A stretch of 64,000 nucleotides of DNA from the NCBI GenBank assembly GCA_964016885.1, contig OZ024740.1:36766001-36830000 (forward strand), read 5' to 3'. Positions 1-11,035 of this stretch are shown here, piece after piece. Each line of letters begins with the position of its first letter. Position 1 is the stretch's first letter. Below the pieces are notes generated by a model, which was given only the letters and a program-made list of their open reading frames with translations, ran no database searches and had not been told where the DNA came from. Both the position numbers and the translations under genes were made by a program. Source of the DNA: Eledone cirrhosa. Lineage: Eukaryota.

Positions 1-143
1 GAATTAGTGACACTGCCTACTAGCATAACATGGATGGTAAAGACTCATTCTCTCTTACATACACATATATACACCAAGTCCGAACACCAAAGAACCAAAC
101 TCCTACTGTCACTGCCTTCTGCTCTCTCCATCTTTCACTATTG

Positions 144-400
144 TTAGCAAATGGGGTCCACGGCCCCGGCGGAGAGAATAGAGAAGGCGTTTCCCCGGAG
201 GATGGTGAGAGAGATGAGCTGGAAGAGCCATTCTAGCTCGCGAGGCTCACACCTGTGGGTAGCCAACTCTGTGCCGATGGTGGTGAGCGGGGAGGTGGGC
301 CAGAAGTCTCTACTGCCACGGGTGTATTGTTGTGGCCGAATTGTCTTTGATCCATTGGTCTGCTGGAACAGGATTGGCCAGTTGCTAACGAACAACAGAA
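144..400 (-). mobile_element. Degenerate 3' fragment of a CRE-like (RLE) non-LTR retrotransposon
   Basis: Minus-strand frames give PVAVETSG and then, after a frameshift, EPRELEWLFQLISLTILRGNAFSIL. This resembles the C-terminal PxAxETxG...LFQRxSxAxxRGNA motif of CRE-clade RLE proteins. The 5' end is truncated at (TA)n. Confidence 0.65.
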
Positions 401-414
401 TATAATATATATAT

Positions 415-800
415 ATATCATAAATCATGTCCTTAGAATTATTAGATACAATATATACAATTTCCTCTCCCAATTAGCATAATTAACCATATAAAAAACC
501 AATTAGACCAGGCTATAAGAATAAAGACTCCTATGAAGAAATATGTGATAAATAACCGAAAGTAGCCTCTTCGCGGTTGAACACAATAGAGTATTTACCC
601 AACATTTCAACAGCATGTAGAAACTGACCAAATATACCGTTAACCATACACAATTAGGTATAAATTTAAAGTTAGAAGAAATGTGCACATACCGTAATTA
701 TATCTCTACCATGGTGTCGTTCGTATTTTGAGACATCCTATTAAGGATAAATCTCGAGTATCGAACTCATCAGGAGACAAACTCAATAGGATAATTAATT
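415..800 (-). mobile_element. Penelope-like pseudo-LTR relic (hammerhead-like motif plus ORF start) ending on (TA)n
   Basis: 415-698 is homologous to both arms of the 5989-6617 inverted repeat. The peptide HISSNFKFIPNCVWLTVYLVSF resembles the Neptune-type PLE N-terminal RxxSHxxFxxxCxRxxxxPxGF motif. A CTGATGA core lies upstream at 767-773, and the 3' end abuts (TA)n. Confidence 0.45.
737..790 (-). ncRNA. Degenerate hammerhead-like motif, probably with GAAA/stem III deleted
   Basis: Minus strand reads cctattgag tttg tctc CTGATGA gttcgatactc gaga tttatc cttaatagg. There is a 9-bp closing stem, a tctc/gaga stem and a gagt/actc hairpin, but no GAAA-N-UH segment. Confidence 0.3.
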
Positions 801-971
801 TTCCAAAGCGAATCCGCCAGAAATAGATTTTAAAAATGGCTAAGAATCGTGACGTGGCAGTGGTCAAGTTAGAAAAAATGTGATTAGTTGCTTACGGCGA
901 GTAGGCTGGTTGCTAGAAAGCGCAGCCCAATATCGCCCAAATTGCATCTCAACCCAACGGGAGATTATTAA

Positions 972-1082
972 ATATAAAGATTTACATATACATAAAGTCA
1001 CAGATATGTATGTGGCAACCGGTCACCGTGAACAGTTGCCACATATATATCTGTGACTTTATGTATATGTAAATCTTTATAT
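972..1082. repeat. Fold-back inverted repeat, ~48-bp arms, 15-nt loop
   Basis: 972-1019 is the reverse complement of 1035-1082 with one mismatch; it ends in (TA)n. Confidence 0.95.
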
Positions 1083-1098
1083 ATATATATATATATAT

Positions 1099-1314
1099 AT
1101 TAGAAATTAGAAATTATAAGCTTTCACCGTATTTTAGACTAAAAAAATGTCTAGCCTGATAGTGGGGTTTATAACCCTCGGAGAAATGGAAAAAGATGAG
1201 TGTACGGTAACACTCATCTTTTTCCATTTCTCCGAGGGTTATAAACCCCACTATCAGGCTAGAAATGTCTTTAGTCTAAAATACGGTGAAAGCTTATAAT
1301 TTCTAATTTCTAAT
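1099..1314. repeat. Fold-back inverted repeat, ~105-bp arms, 6-nt loop
   Basis: 1099-1203 is the reverse complement of 1210-1314 except for a small mismatch cluster near 1144-1149. The loop is ACGGTA and the repeat starts at (TA)n. Confidence 0.95.
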
Positions 1315-1396
1315 TTCAAACTCGCACACCGTTTCAAAAACATACTTACATGTTTACGTTTATAATTTGGTTGTATATATATATATATATATATAT

Positions 1397-2033
1397 AATA
1401 AGGAGTTGACGGACCCAGCATATTTAACAATGCTAGGACCGGTTGTATCTCAGCGTACTCAATAGGTAATGTAAGATATATCCCCAGAGTATACACATAG
1501 TTATTCGCTTCAATACAACACACGTAAAACGGGTGCCTATAATAGTTGCCGGACTCGAGTTTCGGCCACACTTAATGCAGCAGTAGGGTGCACTGCACCC
1601 TCTGTCTGCATATATTATGCAACAATGCATAATCGGCGCATGTGGTTTCATCAGCGAGTATCGTCTAATCAATAACCAATCGATCGACAGAATCCAAACC
1701 CCAGCCCATGCCGGCTATGACTGTTTGTGACGGCCGACACAGTAAAGTGATTAGCAACTGGAATCTGATACAACTCTGTCCCCCGACCAGCCACCGATCT
1801 ACAAACTTTACGTGGTGGCGAGAGATTAGAAAACAAATATTTTCGTTCCCCGTCAAATGCTCTCAGCCAACGTGTCTCAAACACAAATTAATAAGAGGTG
1901 AAAATATGGCTATTAGAAAGAGCAGTCCCACATCGTTGTATAATAGAATGGTAGCATTCGGCTCAGGTCTCCAAGTCCCATGGCGAGAGGAAAGCGATAG
2001 TAACAATGGTAGTGCCAATAACCTTTAACGGAC
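1397..2033 (-). mobile_element. Decayed Penelope-like element 3' region (Hydra-clade-like C-terminus plus hammerhead-bearing pseudo-LTR)
   Basis: Minus-strand peptide remnants CPLK...NLCL...SRHHVKF resemble the CPL...CxLCLxEK...CRHxxKF C-terminus of a C-terminal-EN PLE clade. They are followed by a hammerhead motif and flanked by (TA)n on both sides. The clade assignment is inference. Confidence 0.5.
1545..1660 (-). ncRNA. Type I hammerhead ribozyme motif with ~85-nt branched stem II
   Basis: Minus strand reads tcg CTGATGA aa-ccaca ...[two hairpins]... tgtgg-cc GAAAC TCGA GTC cgg. The core boxes, palindromic stem III and GUC cleavage triplet are intact. The two basal stem II pairs are A-C mismatches and stem I is short. 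Confidence 0.65.
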
Positions 2034-2047
2034 ATATATATATATAT

Positions 2048-2050
<3 letters not shown>

Positions 2051-2113
<63 letters not shown>
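2051..2113. repeat. (GA)n microsatellite
   Basis: Direct read. Confidence 0.98.
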
Positions 2114-2115
<2 letters not shown>

Positions 2116-2175
2116 TTTCATGTTGTCTTTTCTAACAGCGACCTGATGCCGGCTGTTGTTGTGAGAAGTCATTAT

Positions 2176-2255
2176 TTACGGGGTCGATAAAATAAAGCAC
2201 CAGTAATACACTGATATAATTGCTGGCCTTGTGCCAAAAGTAGAAACAATTATTT
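2176..2255 (+). mobile_element. SINE body/tail fragment (Meta-domain-like)
   Basis: ggggtcgataaaataaagcaccag...aattgctggccttgtgccaaaagtagaaac resembles the central domain and tail of mollusc tRNA-SINEs. Recognised by eye only. Confidence 0.55.
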
Positions 2256-2656
2256 AGTTAGAATAAACATTTAGTGGAAAAACTGCGGTCGTAATATCAC
2301 ATTTCAAACATCCTATGTGGAGATAAAAATGATACAGCTTTAAGCGCAAAGCAGGAATTTAATATACGTTCTATGCCTATATATTTGGAAAAATTAAAGA
2401 CTCTTTTTCTCGGCAGAGATTTACTCCCCACCCCTGCTCCCATTCAATTCACCCCAAGTACTAACAAGATTCCTCACCCTTCCGTTTGATGAATGAATAC
2501 ACAGACAGAAAATATGTTCAGTATCTGTCTGTAAATCTGCATTAAAGGAAAGGATAAAATGACATCAAGGATATCTGAAACTTAAATAAGCTTTAAGGTT
2601 AACATGACCGTAATTTTCTTTTTAAACAGTTCAGTGTATCTGGAGAAGGATTGGGG

Positions 2657-2813
2657 GTGTTTTTGTAAACTAACCCTTTAAATCCTAAATTAACCCCTGG
2701 AACCTATTTTTGTTTTTGTAAATTATCTCCTTAAATCCGAATTTCACCCCCGGTAGAGCGTTTTTAGTTTTATAAATTGTCCTCTTAAATCCGAATTTCA
2801 TCTCCTGAAACCT
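2657..2813. repeat. Degenerate ~55-bp tandem repeat, 3 copies
   Basis: Three units of ttttgtaaa..cc.ttaaatcc(g/t)aatt(t)cacccc.gg. Confidence 0.75.
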
Positions 2814-2953
2814 AAAGATGTATAATGCAGTTCCAATCAAAATTGCAGCTACTTCATTTTGAATTGTTTTGTTAATACTTTTATGTAATCACATGGAAGT
2901 GTCCTACTACATATGTATAAAAATTCATATACACTCATCGCTTCAAAGGTGAA

Positions 2954-3093
2954 GGCGCATGGCTTAGTGGTTAGAACATTGGGCTTGCAATCGAAAGGTT
3001 GTAAGTTCAATTCTCGGACCGGGTGATGTGTTGTTTCCTTGAGCAAGACACTTTATTTCACGTTGCTCCAGTTTACTCAGCTGTAGAAATGAG
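2954..3093 (+). mobile_element. tRNA-derived SINE (head plus CORE-like domain), 3'-truncated
   Basis: A-box TGGCTTAGTGG at 2960-2970, B-box GTTCAATTC at 3005-3013, then tgtttccttgagcaagacactttatttcac.ttgctccag (CORE-like). No complete cloverleaf or acceptor stem. Confidence 0.8.
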
Positions 3094-3761
3094 ATGATAG
3101 GACTGGGGTCCATATCATTAAATTACCCAAGACACCTCCAATAAGATATACCTTGGACGAGGCGAGCTAAACCTGCATAGGTGTGAGCTGTCACACAAAG
3201 CTTTTCGATTAATCTTTACATACATAATTTGAGCCATGTTTGCTTTCTAAATAGAACGGATAATGGTGTCAGGGACAGGTAACTTTTTATAATTTTATCT
3301 ATCTACCTATTTTTGTCTCTCTTTCTCTCTCTTCCTATCTATTTTTGTCTCTCCCTCATGTTACTACCACTACTGCTGATAATACTTCCGCTGTCTTCTC
3401 GCCTACTGCTACTGATGGTCCCCTCAGAATAAAAGACAACCTCTTTTTGGATCGACCACCGCGTGATACAGACGTGTCCTACTGCACTCTTCTCTTGTTT
3501 TGTTTATTTCGCCTACACCAGTGATAAACTAACAGACATGTTGGCTGTGTGGGCAATACATGGTACTTACTTTTATCCGCACGAAGCCACGTGGATCTAG
3601 AAGGAAGCTGAAGAGATCATCACGGCGTTATTGTTCTGTATTCCTCTTTAGTTTACATTCTTAATCCTCTCTCCATTATTTTTTATCATTTGCAATTCTC
3701 CAAACATATTTTGATCCATCGATCACATTCCTGTTCTATTCTATTCTCTCTCTTTCTTTCA

Positions 3762-4130
<369 letters not shown>

Positions 4131-4158
4131 TTATTTATTTATTTATATATATATATAT

Positions 4159-5851
4159 GTAGTTGAAAAGGACAAACAAACACAGGAGACAATTGTACAG
4201 TTGTATTAGGTTCACACTTGGTGGGAGTGGAGGAGATTTGGACGTTTCGGACTTAAAGCCTTCATCAGGAAAGTTGAAAGGAACTCCGAGAGGAAGTAAG
4301 GAGGGTTGTGAAGAGGAGGTTAACAAGAAGAACGTGAAATGAAGGGAAAAATAAAAATAAATAAAAACAGAATTTAAAAAGAAATGTGAAAATAAAGACG
4401 GTGGTACTTTGTATAAGGTTTGGGGGGGAGAGGAGGCAGAGAAAGGGTGGGGGAAGCAAGAAAAACAGAGTCCGGGCGTGGATGGCAGAAGGTAAGGTGT
4501 GTGTGTATGTGTAGATGTCAGTATGTATGTGTATGTGTGGATATAAGTATGAGAGTGTGGTAGGAAGCGAGTATATGTGAATGTAGGTTTTGAAAAAGCA
4601 TTGTGTCTGTGTGTTGGGGTGGAGTATATATCTGTGCGTGTATAATCCCTATATGGGTGTATGTGTGTGGATGGAGGAACCGGGTGGGATGAGAACGTGT
4701 CAAATTTGCAGGCTTTGTGTGGTGAAGTGTAGATTGCGTGTGTGTATGGTTAAAAGAAGTGAATGCGTGGTATATCTATGGGTGATGTGGGTTGATGCAA
4801 GGTGTGTAGTTGCGCGTGTGCAGAGGCAAGAGGCAGTGGGGTAGGTAGGTTTATGAAGTTAGTGGTAGGTATGGGTGGTGGTGTGGTGGATAGTGGTGTC
4901 AGTCGGGGTGGGAGTGGATTGGGAGCTAAAGGAAGAAGGGTGGGGAGCTCAAAGCAGGGGCTGTGCATGTCTTTAGTTGGAAAATCGTGCGTTACTCGGC
5001 CCTTAGTCGGGAATCCGGAGTTCCAGGGCATGCAATCAGACTGCAGACGGTCAAGTTGCGAGCGGAATGTCCGGCTGAGCAGATGTGTCAGTCGATGGGG
5101 AAACACGATCCGAGGAAGATGTCGCGGAGGTGCTCGGTGAACCAGTCAGCCAAACGGCGCCTTGTCTGTCCGGCATGGGTTGCACCGCACTCCGTGCAGC
5201 GGAGTCCGTGGACAGGGCTGGAAGAGGTGCAGCGAAAGGAATGCTGGACAGGGAGAGAGTGACCGTTGGGTCCCTGAAGAGTAGTGGTGTTGGTGATGTG
5301 GGGGCATGTGTGGCAGTGGAGTCGAGAGAAGGGAAGGGATCAGAGGGAGGAATGGGGCGTTGGGGATAGAGAGCACGGACAAGGAGGTTGCAAAGGTAGC
5401 GTGCGCGTTGAACGAGGGGAGGGTGGGAGTGGGAAGACGGGGAAGGTGGAGAGGTCTGACTGGAGGCGTATGAAGAGGCGTAGAATGGGTTGGTGTGGGT
5501 GGTAGGTGGGAGGGGGCACCGGTGAGGGCGGCGTGAACAAGGTAGGTGGAGAAACCCCTCCGGGTGAAATGATGGAGCAGAGAAAGGTCCTGGGTTTCAA
5601 AGTCCGCATCTCAGTTGCAATAAAGCGGATCCGAGAATTTGGGAGTAGGGAACGGAGTGTTTGGTGTGAGTGGTGTGGGAGGAGGAAAAGTCAAGGTAGG
5701 AGTGTGAGTCGATAGGTTTGAAGAAGGCGGAGGTGGTGAGGGAGCGGTGTGAGGGGTCGATGGCGATGGAGATGTCCAAGAAGTGGACGGAGGTAGTGGT
5801 AAAATGGAGGGAGGGATGGAAGGAGCAGAGGAATGAGAGAAAGGAGTCGAA
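4159..5851 (-). mobile_element. Penelope-like element (Neptune-type), 5'-truncated and frameshifted: RT C-terminus, GIY-YIG remnant and pseudo-LTR
   Basis: RT thumb peptide DISI...LTTSAFFKPIDSHSYLDFSSSH..HTKHSVPYSQ. The GIY-YIG region reads CTSSSPVHGLRCTECGATHAGQTRRRLADWFTEHLRD. A hammerhead lies in the 3' region and (TA)n flanks both ends. Confidence 0.9.
4236..4273 (-). ncRNA. Minimal type I hammerhead ribozyme of the PLE pseudo-LTR
   Basis: Minus strand reads tttc CTGATGA a ggctt t aagtcc GAAACGTC caaa. This is the typical PLE minimal hammerhead with palindromic ACGT stem III; the first stem I pair is mismatched. Confidence 0.75.
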
Positions 5852-5988
5852 TATATATATATATATAGAGAGGTTATCACATACATAAAATTAAATTAAA
5901 TTAAATCAAGGATACATATATGTGTTGCAACTGTTCACTTTTAAGCTCAATGAAGAATTAATTAATTAAAATCAAAAAATCAGAGCAT

Positions 5989-6617
5989 TATATCATAACT
6001 CATGTCTATAGAATTAATCAGATATTAAAATATATACTATTTCTTCTTCTAATCAGCATAATTAACCATATACATAATCAAATCTAGCAAGCTTTAAGAA
6101 TAAATTTTCTAACGGGGAAATCTCCGACAAACAATTGATCGCAGCTAGTTCGCGATAACTCCGTTCCATTATTTATCAAACACTTCGGCAGCATGCAGAA
6201 TCCGATCAAATACACCGTCAACCGCACGTAATTAGTAGTAAAATTAAACTTAGAAGAAATGCGCACATACCGTAATTGGCACCTCCACGACCACCTTGCG
6301 GTGGGGGGGGGGGGCATATTGTCTATATGCTTACGGTATGTGCGCATTTCTTCTAAGTTTAATTTTACTACTAATTACGTGCGGTTGACGGCGTATTTGA
6401 TCGGATTCTGCATGCTGCCGAAGTGTTTGATAAATAATGGAACGGAGTTAACGCGAACTGGCTGCGGTCAGTTATTTGTCGGAGATTTCCCCGTTAGAAA
6501 ATTTATTCTTAAAGCTTGCTGGATTTGATTATGTATATGGTTAATTATGCTGATTAGAAGAAGAAATAGTATATATTTTAATATCTGATTAATTCTATAG
6601 ACATGAGTTATGATATA
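5989..6617. repeat. Large inverted repeat (~287-bp arms, 55-nt spacer) of PLE-like terminal sequence
   Basis: 5989-6275 is the reverse complement of 6331-6617 with only a handful of mismatches, and the mirrored ORFs 6084-6347(-) and 6259-6528(+) agree. The arms are homologous to 415-698 and the right arm ends in (TA)n. Confidence 0.95.
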
Positions 6618-6929
6618 TATATATATATAATTATTTAAAACTTTTTGAGAACTTATTCGATTTGTGATATTTATGCTATTTTTAGCACCAACTGAATTAC
6701 TTTGCCAAAATCTGGGGTTATTCCCCTTGTGATTTCCACACGTGGTTTAACTTACCACCGTGTCATTCACTTATTTGGTACAGAGCGAAATACCTGTTGA
6801 TAACGTGATATTCCTTGTTCGATCGTTATACACAAAGCTTATATTTTTAAGCAGACTGTATTTTGATTTAGGTGTCACAGAAACTCTACATCGGATTATA
6901 ACAGCAATTCCGGGAGTCCAGGTCTGGTT

Positions 6930-7707
<778 letters not shown>

Positions 7708-7807
7708 CAGAATAAATAGGGGAGAAGGCAAAAGGTTTAAAACCAAATTTTACTTCTTACATTATGTTTCCTCTATTCAACAGCGAATAACAGTTCATAC
7801 ATATACA

Positions 7808-8082
7808 TATTTTTTTCACGCTCAGGGTTGCTGAAGCATGGAACAAACTACCTGCATCAGTTGTTAGGTGCCGAGGCACTGCATTCTTTAAAACCTCCAT
7901 TCTTCCTGAGATTCGCCAACACTACACCTGATATTCCCCCTCCATACACACGCACACATGTATTTCATGACTCATACACGATTCACTTCCCTGACATGAG
8001 TACATTATTCTATGTACTATACATGCACCTTTGATGAGCTGTAGTGCACCTGAGCACTGTTCACAATGATTTCATTATTATT
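7808..8082 (+). mobile_element. CR1/L2-type LINE 3' fragment with (ATT)n tail
   Basis: Translates [30 protein letters not shown], the FFxxRVxxxWNxLPxxVV...FK C-terminal signature. A short 3' UTR ends in ttcattattatt. Confidence 0.85.
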
Positions 8083-10204
8083 GTTCTTTGAGTCTCAGTC
8101 ATTGATGTTATTTAACTGGAAAATTTGTTGAAATGAATATCAAGCCGCTACCTGCAGCCTCAGATATTCAGGACGTATCGGAGGGTTCTTGCTGTTCCCA
8201 GCAAGCATGCCTTTTGAAGTGTTCCAAAAAAGCGGGGCTGGACTAATTTTCTTTAACCATCCTTGGAAACTCTTTGAGTGCGCCTATGACAATCGGGACG
8301 ACCTTGACTTCATGGCAGTTCCAAATCCTTTTTAACTCCCACTTTAAGTCCTGGTATCGGTTAATTTCCCCCCTCTCCTTTTCTTGCACTCTCGTGTCAA
8401 ATGGGCAGGCTACATCCACAATCAGGCACGATCTTTTTTCCTTGTCCAAAACCACCAGGTCAGGCCTATTGTGTTCTAATTTCTTGTCCGTCTGTATACT
8501 AAAATCCCATAGCACCTTCACCTGATCGTTTTCTATCACCGACTTTGGCTTATGCTCATACCACTTCTCAGAATGTGGTAAATTGTTTACTTTGCATAGG
8601 TGCCAGTGGATCACCCTGCCTATCACATCATGTCTCCAACCCTTATAGTGAGTCTGGGCTAGGTGTTTACACTGGGATACAATGTGAGCTACAGTCTCCT
8701 CTCTCTCTCTCTCTCTCTCCACAGATCCTACACAGAGAGCTAGACTCCTCCTTGTAAATATGTGGTTTCACCCACTTCGTTCTGAGGGCTTGCTCTTGCG
8801 CAGTCATTAGCATTCGTTCTGTAGCTTTTTTAAGGTCTCCTCTTTTTAACCAGTTCCATGTCTGTGGATCTCTGAATTGAGTTTTCCTATAGAAGGTACT
8901 ATGAAGGGATTTTTCATGAAGGTTGCTCTTCTTCCTTGGACATCCCCTGGTCTATTGTCCTCTCCTTCAGTACAATTCTGAGCATTGGCTCCCTACTGTC
9001 AGTCACATATTTGTGCAGGTTGTTTTTCTCCATCTGAACACAGTCCTCTATGCTGATAAGACCTCTTCCACCTTCAGATCTCTTTAAGTAGAGTCTATCT
9101 ACATCACTCCTCTTGTGGAACATGTTGTAGATAGTCAATAGCTTCCTAGTCTTCCTATCCATTTCTTTTTGTTCAACAATATTCCATTTCAGAATTCCCG
9201 CACTGTACCTAATAATAGACACAGCTCGGGAATTCACTGCACTTATGACATTCCTACTATTTAGATGTGATTTTAATACGCTCCTTACTCTCCTTATGTA
9301 CTCAGATCTTATTAATTCCTTCATTTTTTTGTTCCTAAATATTTGTATCCCGCCTCAGTGTCAATTTCCTTTATCATCTCACCTGTTGGTACCTAGATTC
9401 CGTTGCTTCTGCTCAATTTTCCCCCACTTCATCACAAGGACTCCACACTTATTAATAACAAATTCCATACATATATCATTGCTGAAAATACAGACAGTGT
9501 CAACAAGTACATCCAACTCCTTCTGACTCTTCCCAAAGAGTTTAAGATCGTCCATGAAGAGGAGGTGGTTGATGGTAAGCTCTCCTTTCCCCAACTTGTA
9601 TTTTGCTCTCACCTTTCGCAATATAATGGTCAGGGGTATCAGGGCAAGGACAAACTATCTCTCTGGAAGATTCCTCTCTTGATCTTCACGCCTCCCAAGG
9701 ATTCTCCACCCGATGTTAACTCTTTTTCCCAGGACTTCATACTTTTGCTCAACAACTGTTTGATGTTATCTGACACCTTGAAGATATCTAGGCTTTTGGT
9801 TATCCAAGAATAAGGTACCATGTCGAATGCCTTTTTGTAATCTATCCATCCCATGGTAAGACCAGTGTGCCTCCTCTTGCAATTCTTCATTACCATCTTA
9901 TCAATAAGTCTTTTGTACCACGTGACTTCTTTCGGCATCCTTTCTGTTCGTCCGGTAACAAGTTGTTTGTGTGGAGGTGATGGTAGATTTCCTCAGACAT
10001 AATGCTTGTTAACAGTTTCCACATTACAGGCATACATGTGATGGGCTTATAGTTGGTAACATCATTACCCTTGATTCGGTCTTTCATTACCAGAACTCCG
10101 GTACCTTTTGTCAACCACTCTGGTACCTCACCCGACATCAAACAGTCATTGAACATGGTTGTCAGTTTCGGATGGAGGGATGTTATGTTTTTAATCCAAT
10201 ACCC
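8083..10204 (-). mobile_element. Dong/R4-clade non-LTR retrotransposon, 5'-truncated and disrupted (family A)
   Basis: RT motifs (NYKPITC, EQKGCR, WIDYKKAFD, HLLFMDDLKL), zinc knuckle, RHD and RPD..D RLE motifs across frameshifted ORFs. Same family as 17260-20754 and flanked by ATT/TTA repeats. Confidence 0.95.
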
Positions 10205-10355
10205 TTATTATTGTTATTATCATTTTTATTTTCTTTCATTATTGTTTCTGAGATATATGCCGAGTGTCTTCCTGACACCTAGGGCAAATAAATTCACAGT
10301 GTGCATTGGTAAGCCAGTTAATACAGCACAACGCGAGTCCTTTACTCGGTTGCTT
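10205..10355 (-). mobile_element. Possible extreme 3' end of another R4/Dong-like element with degenerate (TAA)n tail
   Basis: Minus strand reads TRVVLY* then ccctaggtgtcaggaagacactcggc...aaaataaaaatgataataacaataataa, laid out like the other R4-type 3' UTRs in this window. Confidence 0.35.
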
Positions 10356-10359
10356 CATT

Positions 10360-10417
<58 letters not shown>

Positions 10418-10421
<4 letters not shown>

Positions 10422-10726
10422 AGCGAGAATCGCATTTCAGCGAGTAGAAATTAGCGAAACGCAACTTCCGAATTGTGTTGGCAAGCGCTCAATGGATATG
10501 AAGATACCAGAGCTATAAACATAAGTTTAAAAGGCCATACAAAACTGAGACGATGGTTAAGAAGCCATTAACCACCTAAGCCAAAAAAGCGAGCAAGCTA
10601 AGCGGGTCAAACAAAATAAGATATGATTGAAAAATATATATAAGGTAAAAACCAAAAACAAAAATAATAACGAAGAGTGCAGTACAAACAATGTTGGTAT
10701 TAGGTTCACACTTGAGAGTGGGGGAC

Positions 10727-10730
<4 letters not shown>
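10418..10730 (-). mobile_element. PLE pseudo-LTR/3' extension fragment ending on (TA)n
   Basis: 10697-10713 (gtattaggttcacacttg) matches 4203-4220 of the Neptune-type element; 10418-10640 matches 6930-7149. Confidence 0.6.

Positions 10731-10731
<1 letters not shown>

Positions 10732-10792
<61 letters not shown>
10732..10792. repeat. (AAT)n tract; tail/target of the Tx1-like element
   Basis: Direct read. Equivalent tracts occur at 15978-16022, 20755-20811, 21059-21119, 26398-26447 (followed by (GAA)n to 26480) and 27862-27880. Confidence 0.98.
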
Positions 10793-10793
<1 letters not shown>

Positions 10794-11035
10794 TTTTCTT
10801 TATTAACCACAAGGGTTTACATAAAGTAGACATTAAGGACAGTACAGGACAATACAGGACGGTACAAATGGGCATTTCTGCGTGTAAAAAAACAGAGGAT
10901 GTAATAAAATAACAAAGAAAGATTCCCCAATAGGGGGGAGACTTCCGAGGGACATTTGTGGAGAAAGCCCATTAGAAGGCCACAGTGACGCTGACCACCA
11001 AGGCAAGTGCCCTCTCCCAGTTTTCCACCTTTAAT

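Noticed and set aside
895-960. Possible SINE tail remnant
   Set aside because: Too short and diverged to support without a search.
2954-3025. tRNA gene
   Set aside because: A and B boxes are present but there is no proper cloverleaf, and the sequence continues into a SINE body.
3360-3700. Moderately GC-rich unique-looking segment
   Set aside because: No ORF, motif or internal homology recognised; left unannotated.
5944-5986. Fifth hammerhead (gctc aATGAAGA attaattaatt aAAA..tc agagc) on the plus strand
   Set aside because: Both core boxes need substitutions; too degenerate to support.
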